From Epiperipatus broadwayi (taxonomy: Eukaryota; Animalia; Onychophora): 64,000 bases of DNA. This document shows, in pieces, positions 1-12,502 of this stretch (positions are counted from its first letter, which is position 1; each line of letters begins with the position of its first letter). Position numbers and translations under genes: made by a program. The notes below the pieces were generated by a model, which was given only the letters and a program-made list of their open reading frames with translations, was not told where the DNA came from and ran no database searches. Location of the stretch: NCBI GenBank assembly GCA_028023455.1, contig JAQFVV010000002.1, positions 29,078,001 to 29,142,000 of the forward strand, written 5' to 3'.

Positions 1-59
1 GATGTTGCAGGTTCACCTTCTGGCCGATGCTGTGACATAGGGAAAAAAATGCCAAGTTT

Positions 60-450
60 ACTTGAAAACAAAATATACAGTGGATCACCAATCCAGCTAC
101 ATATCTCAGTTGTAAAGGTTTTCCAACATTCTACAAATCCTTAAGTATCACATCTGCAGGCACTGGCATTATCATCAATTCTTTCAAAGTACAATTCATA
201 GATGACTACATGCTAATCTGGGCCCCCTACCACAAAGTAATACCATTGAGCTCTATTTATACCACTTAGACCAATGATAATTAAAAGTCTTATTTTTTAT
301 CATAAATTCCATGTTTGCAAACTACACTATATCAATTCCTTCTACTAGGAGAATTTAATATGTCATGAAAAATTTATTCATAACTGTACTAGCATTCTCC
401 TTAGTGAATAAAAAGGACTTCTTGCCAATGAACAATTGTTTTTAATAATA
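60..450 (+). pseudogene. Degraded reverse-transcriptase fragment, possibly Penelope-like
   Basis: The + frame at 189-260 reads VQFIDDYMLIWAPYHK, resembling the PLE RT motif [YF]IDDxxxIW. Upstream SGSPI resembles the MGSP motif. Many stops and frameshifts. Confidence 0.3.
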
Positions 451-849
451 GATTTAAATCCCTGATTCACTCTGTATTTTATTCATCTTTATTACATCAT
501 CTAATTAACTACATTAAATATATTTTTATTGATTTTAAAATCTTCAAAGAGTTTCTTTCTTTGATTTCTTTGTCTTCATTTGTTTTTATTAAATAATACA
601 TCCTTAAACTCCATAAACTTTACTTCTTTCCTTATCATTCTGCAATTCAGTTGGAATAGTTGGCTACAAAGGAAAGGTGAACAATATTGCAAATTAACTC
701 CAGCTTAGCCTGGTTTCGACTGAGAAGATCATATTCATAATACCAGATAAAGTCAGATTTGTGAGGGAGAAGTAGAGAATGAACATATAAAGTAATAAAT
801 ATATAACTTGATAAATACACATACTCCACTTATATGATAAAACAAAACA

Positions 850-1400
850 TGAATACTTTTTATATATTGCATGGGTGTTGTAAAAGATAAACCATGCTTC
901 TTTGTAATTTCTCTTTCAATCATTGCACTAAGCTCAACATACTTTGATGTTACGTGGATCAAAGTTGTGATCAGAATCAATCTCATGTCCCAGAAATATT
1001 GATTTTATATTAGTCTGTTTTAGCTTGACCATATGTATACTTATATTGTGTTAACCTAATGGCTCTATTGATATGACATCCACTGCAAAAAGTTTATTTG
1101 TAACTAATTACATAGTTGATCTCGAAACTCTTGTCTGGAGGCAATTTATCTTTAATATTGTTTAGGAATTGATTTAGACTAGGAAGAGTTCTAAAAATAA
1201 CACTGAATTCCTCAGAGCAAATTGCTTTTAATTTTTGTGATATACTAGGTATAAAATGGAAGGTTATTACATGCACGAATATTGTCATGGTTCATAGGCC
1301 TGTTTATTGTGGAATACAATTTTTTGAGGGATTTTATTAAACAATTATGATCCTACTCTATATTGACTATGTTTCTGATGTAATTTCAATTACAAAGCCT
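850..1400 (-). mobile_element. Penelope-like element 3' part (linker plus GIY-YIG endonuclease), degraded
   Basis: ORF 1094..1288 (FIPSISQKLKAICSEEFSVIFRTLPSLNQFLNNIKDKLPPDKSFEINYVISYK) is followed across a stop/frameshift by xCSGC and later HEIDSDHNFDPRNIKV. This matches the PLE pattern YxPxxSxxLxxI...F+....L...L...KD...VYxIxCxxC...H.FDxxNxKI. Confidence 0.7.
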
Positions 1401-1599
1401 TTGTTTTCTGTAAAGCAATTTCTTAAAGCCAGATCATTTATGTTAAGCATGAATGTGTGAATGAGAATAAATAGCACCACAGACATTGAAAGGTTTCATG
1501 ATTATTTTATAGTTTATTTCATCATTGAATTGTTATATATACATATCCAAGAATTTTAGCCTTTAAATGTGTCTTTATACTCTATGGTTGACACCAAAG

Positions 1600-2445
1600 A
1601 TGATAGTTGAATTAGCTCATCTGGTATTTTAATAATAGTTTTTTCCTCAGAATAAATTACCATGTTGCTGATGTAGCATATGGAGAACAGAATGAAAGCT
1701 GTAGTAAAGTGTCAGGGAATGACTACCATTTTAAATTCATTTAACATGATGCTACACACTATGCCCCTAAATGACAATGCCATGGACCAAATGTGCTCCA
1801 TTATATAAAATGTCATTGAAAAGAGTCATTATATCATCATCCAACCATTTAAGTGTATCAATAATAAAAGAAATCTTGTTCAGATCAAAGAATAATTCGA
1901 TTAATGGGTCATGGAGTATGTTTAGGGATTGCAGACATGATATTGCACCATACAATTCCACTATACCTAATGAGACAAGCTTATACCAGTGGTAAAATGT
2001 TTGTGATTTTAAGACATGTATGCAATTGAATAAAGAAGATTGTAAATCCACTGAATGCTATGTAATCTATAAGCTATTTGTCTACTATTTTGGCTGTTTT
2101 GTAGAAGTAAGTAAGTATCTCAAAATCTATTATTAATCTGAGGGGGTAATTCACTTGTTTAAAGTGCAAAAGTTATGCAATATCAAGGCAGACAGGACAT
2201 ATAACATTGAAAATTACATCAAAGGCTTAGTCAGTGTAGGTTATGATCAAAATTACCTAATAAAATCCCTCAAAAAAAACTTTTATTCCACATAAACACT
2301 AGGCCTCTGAACGATAACAATACTGATGCATGGATTAACCTTCTATTTAAACCTGGTATATCATAAAAATTAAAAATCAATTTGTTCTGAGAAGCTTCAG
2401 AACCCCTCTTAATCTAAATCATTTTCTCAACAATACTAAAAGCCA
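1600..2445 (+). mobile_element. Penelope-like element RT thumb/linker fragment, inverted relative to the 850-1400 copy
   Basis: The + frame reads IHLFKVQKLCNIKADRTYNIENYIKGLVSVGYDQNYLIKSLKK, like the PLE thumb (KLCS...NGYPxxFIxKx+K). About 2205-2445 aligns as reverse complement with about 1150-1395. Confidence 0.55.
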
Positions 2446-3487
2446 TGAACATGCATATGAAAAATTTGAAAGTACATCTTGTTTAGTGTGAAAGTATTAC
2501 CCAAGCACATTTTTATATTAGTTTCAAAAACGTATGGAGAAATGAAAGTTTTAAATATATCTAAAAAATAATACTTGTGGAAAAAAGGGAAATAAAGCAG
2601 ATTAAGTATTCAGCATTTGTATGGCAAATTATAATTATATGTGTATGTGTGCGTATGCGTTTTCGTACGGAAATTACATTTTATTTTTTAAATTTTATTT
2701 TACATTTATTATTATTTGTATAATCAAAAATATTTTGCTGTTCCTAATTATGAAATATAAGTCTAGATTTTGAAAATTAGGTCCTAGTGACTATCTGCTC
2801 CATGAAATCTCTGCAGATTACTTTATGGCATTTTTAGCTATGCCCCAAAATCTCCATGCACTAGAACAATTTAATAACAATAATAATAAATTTTAAACAA
2901 TAGATTCGTTCGTTTAAACAATGCGTTGTTTCGTAATATTCTTTGTGAAATATTTGTTTATTTCAAGTAAGTCAACTTTTTTTTCTTCTCTCATTTTTTT
3001 TTTGTATTTTAAGGTTATTATAGCATTTAAGATTTTAAAATTTGCATAAGTTTGTCATATATTGTTATAGTACAAAATGTTATATTATATATATGTAGGT
3101 ATATATATAGGAAAAAGCGAAAAAAGTCAACGCAATTAATAGATTATAAATCTGCCTTATATCGTTACTATTATAAAATAGTTGGCAAAAAAATATTAAA
3201 CCTCTAAACTACATTAAGTAAAAATAAATATATGATCTACAATTAAATAGAATTCTGTGAATATATATAGAAAACAACAATAAAGTTAAAAATTGATATA
3301 ATAAAGATGAACGGAAAATTGTGTAGTGTATATGATATATGTATGGTATATTGATTAAGTGTTGTATAATTAATACATTTTGCTTCAGTTATTTTGATTG
3401 CTTTATCCTAATTTTATTATTTATTCTGATTAGTCCTTGAGTAAAAATTTTAAAAAAAAATCTTTTGCATGAACTATTTTTATATAT

Positions 3488-3545
3488 ATCAAACCCGGGC
3501 TGGCTGATTGAATGGCAGCTATGCTAACCACTAGGTCACCAACGC
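3488..3545 (-). pseudogene. 3'-truncated tRNA-Gly(TCC)-like pseudogene or SINE head
   Basis: The minus strand reads GCGTTGGTGACCTAGTGGTTAGCATAGCTGCCATTCAATCAGCCAGCCCGGGTTTGAT, close to metazoan tRNA-Gly-TCC (GCGTTGGTGGTATAGTGGTTAGCATAGCTGCCTTCCAAGCAGTTGACCCGGGTTCGAT). It ends in (TA)n and lacks the 3' acceptor strand. Confidence 0.7.
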
Positions 3546-4336
3546 TTGACTGCATGAAGAATTTATTTCTTTAATTTTGTTAATTCGTCTTCTTGTTATG
3601 AAAAAGTTAAATAATTTGTCATAATAACTAATGTCTAGATTTCATCATGAATGTTTTTACAAGAAATATGTGAGGATTATATATCTATACAAATGGAAGT
3701 TTGTAGTATTTAAAAATGATTTCATTTAAAAAAGAAAAAACTTAATTTTTAGAATGGTTTTAAACATAATTAGCTTGTTTTAAAGTTTTAATTAACTCAA
3801 GAATTTATCCATCTCAAAAATCAAGTTTCGAATAGGCAATAGGATTTATTTTTGAATTTAAGAATAGGTACTTAGTTCATTAATAAAATTGTAATTTGAA
3901 AAAAAGTAAGCGGAATTGCAGAACCAACGTGTTTATATTTGATCTTAGCGGCATTATGGAATTTATATATTAACTATAGCCGAAAACCAATTTCCCCCAA
4001 AGAGAAACGGGCTGTAATAGCAAGTGAAATTAACAACGAGCAACATTCAGGCTGACAGTTAGTCAGTAATTGCAGCATTGAGATTTTTTATTCTATAATA
4101 GTAAATAATATTAAGCTAAGCAACCCTATCAACTCAGTTGGGACCAATCATTGAAAATGTAGCCTGCTTGACCAGCTGCAAAATGACAGGAATAGGTTTA
4201 TTGATTTAGTTATTTATTCAAATTTGCAAAAAATTGTAATTTGAAATAGAAGTGGGATTTCAGAACAAAGGTGTTAGTTGCATTGTGTAAGAGGTACATT
4301 CTAGATTGAAATATTAATTATAGTTATTGTTCCTAC

Positions 4337-4570
4337 ATATAATACTAAATCATCCATGCACTTTACTACTGTTACACAATGCTTTATTTACCACCTTTTT
4401 TTTAGAGTTTACAGTTAACTTTATATCTCCTAACTTTAACAGCTATCTGTTGAAATTAGGAGATATAAAGTTCAGAAGATGATTGGTGGGGCAATCAAAA
4501 CTGTAAAAGAGGATGATAAATAAAGCATCGTGTAACAGTAGTAAAGTGCATGGATGATTTAGTATTATAT
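4337..4570. repeat. Foldback / MITE-like near-complete palindrome (~234 bp)
   Basis: Outer arms ATATAATACTAAATCATCCATGCACTTTACTACTGTTACAC and its reverse complement. Inner arms AACTTTATATCTCCTAA and TTAGGAGATATAAAGTT close a ~4-nt loop. Confidence 0.8.
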
Positions 4571-7500
4571 GATAATTGTATGAAGAGAGAGTGGGAATCC
4601 ATTAAAAAGGCAGGTTATGTTACTAATAATGGCATGGAGATTATTTACATGTTTACATGCAAAGGAGGTATAAATCATTCTGCCATATGTATCACACAAC
4701 ATGTAACTTGAGATTTTCCAATTGACTTCTTTATTCAGCTATATCTCATGTGTAATCATGAATCCAGGAATAATTAGGAATATTTTTATTATGTTAGTTT
4801 TATATGCTTTTCACATAAAACTTCACTGTTATCAATATCTAGTGTATTCTTATTTCCTTTGTATTTGGCACCTTAATATATGGCCAGATGTAATTGGAAT
4901 TGTTTATCCTCTGTAGCACATGGCATAAGCAAGTGGTTTCTCAATAAATTTAGCCAAGGATAATAATATACTTACTGAAAATATAGTATTTTAATGCATC
5001 TAATGTTACTTAAAAGAGGAAACAAATCAAACACATATAAGCATAGACATCATGGAAATAGGGAATAAAAACAAATTAATGGAAATAAAAATGATGCAGT
5101 TAATCAAATTATTTAATTTAATCACAAAAATTATATACAGTAAGATAGATTGAATGAGAAGATGAAAAGAAAAAGTTTGCAGAATATTTAGTTTGAAAGG
5201 TGATGTGTGAATGAGGATAAGAATAAACAAAAGTACATGTGGAAATTATTGTATTAGTACAAGGTATATAGTAATAGCATTCTTAGAATTAAAAAGGAAG
5301 TGAATAATTAATGACTACCAGAATAAAAACTTATGAAATAAAAAATGAATTCAGAAAAGCTACTACAAAATTTGGATTAGCTCCTGGATGTAGAACAAGA
5401 AAGAATTTGATTTATATCATAGCAGCAATCAGTAAATAAAATAATGAAGCCCAAAAAAACAATAGTCAATCTTGAATTATCCCAGGCATGAATTATGAAA
5501 AGGTTGCAGAAAAGTGTCAAAATAAAAATGGTTTGCAAGAAATAGAGAGGGGAAATGAGAGTTACCAAGAGAGTGAAGTAAAGGCATTAAATATCAAAAG
5601 CATGGTATTAACACTTTTACAAGAGAAGAAACTATAAATATATACATATATCATACATATTGTTGTGGTAGAAATCACTTTAGAGTTGCTAACATACTAA
5701 GATTATAGTAACCAGTACAAGGGGAGCCACTAGGTGCATAGCCTAGCACTAGACAGAACTTTTTTGAGTACATGAATTATTTTTATTATTTAATTTCCTT
5801 CATTTATTTATTTAACCTGACATCAAATAACAATGCCAGTAAAAATAATACTTTTTATTTGATTTTTGTACTGAAATTGTGTTTTATCAAGAAATATTGA
5901 AAGATTAGGGTTGTTAATAAAAACTAAAGTTTAAATGTAAAATTCCTGATGTGAATGTAACATACATACATCAACAGGTTTATTAATTAGTTAACTTGAA
6001 TTTGCTGTTTTATATATATTCAAACTCTTACTTAATAATTCATTAAATTATCTATCTAGTTAACTTTAAAACTTTTTTAAACAAAATGTGTGTGATAATC
6101 AGAGGGTAATTTCTATAATCAGGTTATAAAATAATGAATTGCCACATTTAATAAAGGTATCACTAAAGATAATTAATAATGATTCAAACAAGATAGTTTC
6201 CTAAAGTAATTACATATTGACTATGATGCAATAATTAAAGTTACAGTTGTCACTTAAATGACATATACCATCTATAATAAATTCAAGCTATCATCATTTT
6301 ATATTATCATTTGAATGATCTTTGGGAAGAGAGTTTGGATTTTCAACTTCTAAGTTACCTATTTATAGAATAATTTGATTTTTAATTATGCACACAAAAA
6401 TCTTGTTAAGATCAGCAATAAAAATACCATTCATAGTTGTAAGGATCATAAAAACAGTAACAACTATATAATACTATCAATGAGGGAAAAACATAGTAGG
6501 CGATCATTGTTATGTGATCTTTTAGTCATTATAAAATAACAAAATTATCATTTATCTAACATATATAAATCCTTCAGTATGGTATCACATTGAATTGTTT
6601 GATAAGAGATTAATCTTTTAATTATATACTCATTATAGTTTATTTATATGCATAGCAGATACATGTCATAAGATATTTGTCATACAGTATTGTGGTTATA
6701 ACTGTCATCTATTTAGGTAGTCTTTTACACAAATGTGGAGCCAAAACATAAAGGTTTTTAATATGATGTCTGTACTATCTATCTTCATAAATCTCTACTG
6801 TTTATCAAATTTGACAATTCTGTTATATTTAATCATATTTGAGATGGATATATGTAAAAGATGGATATCTATAATGCAATGCCTGCTTCCCCCCAATGAC
6901 TGAGACAAAATTTAATTGTAATACGATGCACTCACCTGCAAATTAGGTAAACAAATTAGCGATCAAATTAAACTTTGCCGTTGACTTAGTTTAAATCAAT
7001 ATTTAATATATAAATTACAGAAATAGATTGATGTGTGCACATTTAAATATAAGATTCATAGAACCAATAAAATTAGTAAATGTAAATTATCAAGGAAATA
7101 TGGACAATAGACCTAAACTGTACAAATGAGCTCTTCTATTTTAAAATGCAATTAACTACATGACATTTGAAAGCAATAATTATAAATGTCCAAATCCACC
7201 AGAAGGTACATTAAAACAAATAAAAACTAATAAATTTCCCATCACCAACACCAATCTCTTACATTTTCTATCAATTACCCAGGGCACTAATTCTATTGAT
7301 AATAGAATAAACTATTAATCTGATTCTGCTTTGAATAGCTATTGAGACTCTTACAATGCTGTCCTACTATAGCTTAGCTCAGTGGGGGCTACAAAAATCT
7401 ATAAAGCGTAAATGCATACTAAACATAGGAAGAAACATTATGAATAGGAGTAAAATATTTATTGGGTTTTATAATAAATAAATAATTGTAATTGGTAATG

Positions 7501-9183
7501 TTCCACCATTTACATTAACAAGTTTTTAGTTTAATCTCATCTCCATCCATCATCTAAATGCATTAAACAACTTTTTACTAATGATAGGTCTAAATTAATA
7601 GAATAAAGATGTAGTACTAATTAACTCTACTGTATGGTAAGTTAAAATTAGATAAAACAAAATATAGCACTACTTAACTTATACTGTACAATCATTTAAA
7701 ATAAATAACTAAATTAATCTTTAATTTAAAATAATAAGTAAATATCTCAGGAATTTATTATATGGCTTACTTTTAAATCTATACTCTACAATAATTTCTA
7801 ATTACCATCATAAAAGTAAATTAAGCATTATTCTAATAAAATAGTAGTAGTTAGACAATGAAAGAAATAGGGTACATTTTGATTTCAAAATCATCATCTA
7901 AATAAAAACTGAATACTAAAATTTTTCCAGAGAATCATCAGATAGTCAAACATTTTATATAGTGTTTGGATCCATAAACAATATCATCAGATTTGAATAT
8001 ATTCATCATTAAATTTATGGAATAGTGCAATCATATCTATTGGATATGTAACTGTGTGTGTATGTGTGGAAACATCGTACATGAATGCATGCCAAAGAAT
8101 AACTCTGAACAAAGTTTTTTAAATGAATAAAACATTTATTACAAGATATAACTAAATAAACATTTTGCATTTTTAATTTACACATATGGATAATTCCAAT
8201 ATCAATGACTGAATGAACTACACAAGAATAACTAACATTAAAATAAACTTCCTTGTATTTTATTACAAACATATACCAGCTCTCAGTCAATCTTGATAAG
8301 CCAGTGAGAATAAACATTTATTAGCAGTAACACTAGAATAATTAAATATGAAATTAAATCATTTTGTATTTTATTTCAAATATAAGCAAGCTATCAGTCA
8401 ATTCTGATATGCTTATGGAAAAGAAACATTTATAAACACTAGTGCTAAAATAATGAAATATGGAATTAAACTTCTTGGTATTTTTACTTCAAATCCACAT
8501 GTGCTATTAGCCAACTCCAACATTCTGCTAACCAAATCAACATTGGGGTAGTTAAACATCAAAATAATACAATATGGGTTTGAATATATGAGTAAGAGGT
8601 GAATCAATTAAATAATTCTATTAACTACCTACACTTTCATTTTTGCTTGCTCATTCAAAATGAGGATGAATCATTCCAAGGATTTGATGAGACAAAACTT
8701 AAAATAACTGGTATGATATGATTTGAAATATTGACTTAAGACTTAGAAATCAGTAATAGATTTTCTCCATTCTTTCTGAATTAACAGTATTTTATGCATG
8801 CAGCTGTATTGTGCTACCTGCTACAATATAATTAACACAGTTATATCCCATCGGTTTACTTATAAAATTGAGACAAAATATAATATGGATGATGCCATAT
8901 ATTAAACAAGCTTTACCATTAACTCTACTTTAGATGTTCTATAAAAAAAATCAATTCTACTCTTATTTTTCTATTGGCAAATGGGAAACATTCCAAATGG
9001 ATACATGAGGGACAAGAAGACTTTCTTAACTCTAATCATTTAAATAACAAAATACAGTGACTACCTAACCTAACTCTGAGGCTTAAATGCTGGCATGGAC
9101 TTTGTCTCATCACCAAAAAACCAAGGGAAATACACTGCTTTACTTCATATAATATAATCATACGCAATTGCTTAATATGGAAA

Positions 9184-9304
9184 ATATAATCCACTCATGA
9201 CAAATATTTCAAATAAACTAAGGGAGAGTTCTCTCAATCCCTGACTATATAATCCACTCATAACAAGTATTCAAATTAACTAAGGGCGAGTCTCTCAATC
9301 CCTG
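9184..9304. repeat. Two ~63-bp direct repeats, each ending in a small hairpin
   Basis: ATATAATCCACTCAT(G/A)ACAA...AACTAAGGG(A/C)GAGT(T)CTCTCAATCCCTG occurs twice. Confidence 0.75.
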
Positions 9305-9571
9305 GCAAAACAATATATACCATAAACATTTCCTTCTCCATAACCACTAAATACATTTCAATCTAAGCATAAAGGAAAAATAATAAATTCAGTCTTAAAT
9401 AAATTCCTAATCCTGCCACTTCTTTTGGCACATCACACCATCCAAAACAGATTGGAAAGTAAGCCAATCAAATTTTAATTCAGCAATTATATAAATGAAT
9501 TAAATAATAGCCAGGCACACATGTATAATAATGCATAAAATAATTTCAAATCACATTTAATCAGTAAATAT

Positions 9572-9595
9572 TTCAGACGTGTGCTCTTCCGATCT
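9572..9595 (+). other. Illumina TruSeq adapter remnant (assembly artefact)
   Basis: TTCAGACGTGTGCTCTTCCGATCT is an exact match to the 3' 24 nt of the TruSeq read-2 primer/adapter sequence. Confidence 0.95.
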
Positions 9596-12002
9596 GAATA
9601 TTTCATTCCTGATGAATTCTAAATATTTTAAATTTGAAATATAATAGTTACTACTAAACAAACCCCATCCTTCTAGCAAGGCAATGGTAAAACAATGTTT
9701 TTATGTATTTAATATTAACTGATAAATTGAAATAAAAATATGATTTGTGATGAACTACAAATCTTTTAAATTTAAAGCAAAATAATTATTAAGAAATGGA
9801 TGTCATAATTTCTGAAAATGCAAAGATAAAATAATAATTTTTATGCATTTACCCCTTCTTAAAATTAGTTGCTAGCTTGCTAATAGTAGACAGATATTTC
9901 TATTGCCAACATACGCATATAGAAATACATGTATACAATAAAAATTATATTAAAATAATAACTAATTACCCAGTATAATACTTCTTCATATTATACTTTT
10001 CTGAGATGTTCTTGAAGAAAGAAATAATAATTGAATAATAATAATAAAAATATATAACAAATAATTAGTCTACCTATGTATCATATGCTAACAACAAAAA
10101 AATCATTAAATCTTCTTTTAGCTGGAACATAATAGTTCATTTGCACAGTTCATAAATAACACATCTTGGTCACATATGAAAATGATGATGAAAATTGTAA
10201 AACAATAGGTGTTACTAGACATAAAACAATTTCCTACAGGTCAAACATATATGCATTTAGGACTAATTAAAGAGCATTTCAAAAGTTCTTAGCAATAACA
10301 AACTTAATTGCTGACAATATCGAGTATTCTATAATAAATATTTATTACTGCAGATTTGGTAATAGTTTACTGTTTACATTTATCAAGCAACTTGTGCTAA
10401 ATTATCAAATATAATCCATCAGGCAATAGCTAATTAATTCATAATATTCACTTAGGTCTTCATAAGTTTATTGATAATATATTTTAATACCAAATCAGTA
10501 AAAACAAAGAGAACAAAAAACAAAAATGTTCATATCTAGTATTCATGCTCTTCCACTCATTTAGTTATAAGCATATTTAAATGATTTAGGGGTTCATTAA
10601 TTATATATGTCATGCATTGTGTTCCTTTATTATAGAGATGCAAATGGTTAAGTGTATACTTGTTCAATAATAAAGCATATTGTAATAAGTTATACACATA
10701 CATCTTTCCATTTAAACTTCTCTATAGCTAGTAGAAATTTTTAATACAGAGTCCTTGAAATATTTTATAAAAAAGTTCTGCATAAACTTTCCAGAATAAC
10801 AGCAAAATTCACATCTTCCAATTATTTCTTTAATATTAGAGATTAAAATTAGACAAATCAAATTTGAAACATAGACACACATATGCATTCCAAATGATTT
10901 TAAATCTAAATTAGTCAATTGGAAATATAGAGAAAGATGTACCTTGTTTTTAAAATTGTTTATGCTCCATACTAGTCTTTATCTTCCCAAGAAATTTCTT
11001 AACTATTTTCATACAAAAAATAATATAAAATTTGTACTTTTGAGTTTGAATTGAATCTCAGCCACTTGATTATGGAAGAACCAACTTGTAGAAAGAAAAT
11101 TGTAGAAATAAAACCCTTTGTTTAGAAAGAATTGTTGTAATAAAAGAAAAAGCCAAATTTCTTGTAAAGTACCTCCCTTTTATATCTGATTATTACTTAG
11201 CCATCTATTTCTTCCACCAATCAATGATCACTCAAAAGTTCAACTTTAACAAAGGTCAATCCCTCCTACTGCACTGAGATAATTAGTTGCAAATATGCAA
11301 CAACCTTTTCTCTGGAAAAAAAATTTTGTTTAAAAAAAAAAAATTAAATAGAAATATTCTATATTTCCAAAGTAATAAAGAAGATAATTATATTAGCAAA
11401 TAAAATAATTGATAGTATGTTTGTCTATTTGACAATTCACTGGTCCATTGATCTATCAATTCATTTAAAATGTGTTTAAACTGGTTGTTCAAGATATTGA
11501 CTGTGAAATTAAATATTTTACTGTGAAATAATATTTGGTAGTTTAATTAAGTATGTGAATCAAAATGAAGTTGAAGATGGCAGAAACATACAGCACACAC
11601 ATGCTGCACTACAAGTACTAAACCAGTCTGGCTCAAATAAAAGTTCCTATGACAATGAGCCAAATATACTGCATTTATTACACTATGGATTGAGATATTG
11701 AGCAAATAAACCAGAAATACACCAAAATAAATATCAACACTGTCCTTAAGACAAATAATACAAACTTGGATCAATTTAAACTATACACTAACAATTTCTA
11801 TGACAAGCCACCCCCTTTCTGTCATTAAATATTCACCAAAGAAAAATACTAAATATCTCAAAATTTACAAATAATACCTGCAAGTGGTTTCTAAACAGAG
11901 TTTTAAATTATTAATGAATTTTTTGTTTTAAAATTTCAGGTTATTTTATTTTTATTTGTTAGATGCAACCAGTTCTTACTGATGCAATGCTATTTAATTA
12001 CA

Positions 12003-12502
12003 NNNNNNNNNNNNNNNNNNNNNNNNNNNNNNNNNNNNNNNNNNNNNNNNNNNNNNNNNNNNNNNNNNNNNNNNNNNNNNNNNNNNNNNNNNNNNNNNNN
12101 NNNNNNNNNNNNNNNNNNNNNNNNNNNNNNNNNNNNNNNNNNNNNNNNNNNNNNNNNNNNNNNNNNNNNNNNNNNNNNNNNNNNNNNNNNNNNNNNNNNN
12201 NNNNNNNNNNNNNNNNNNNNNNNNNNNNNNNNNNNNNNNNNNNNNNNNNNNNNNNNNNNNNNNNNNNNNNNNNNNNNNNNNNNNNNNNNNNNNNNNNNNN
12301 NNNNNNNNNNNNNNNNNNNNNNNNNNNNNNNNNNNNNNNNNNNNNNNNNNNNNNNNNNNNNNNNNNNNNNNNNNNNNNNNNNNNNNNNNNNNNNNNNNNN
12401 NNNNNNNNNNNNNNNNNNNNNNNNNNNNNNNNNNNNNNNNNNNNNNNNNNNNNNNNNNNNNNNNNNNNNNNNNNNNNNNNNNNNNNNNNNNNNNNNNNNN
12501 NN
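12003..12502. other. Assembly gap (500 N)
   Basis: Run of N. Confidence 0.99.
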
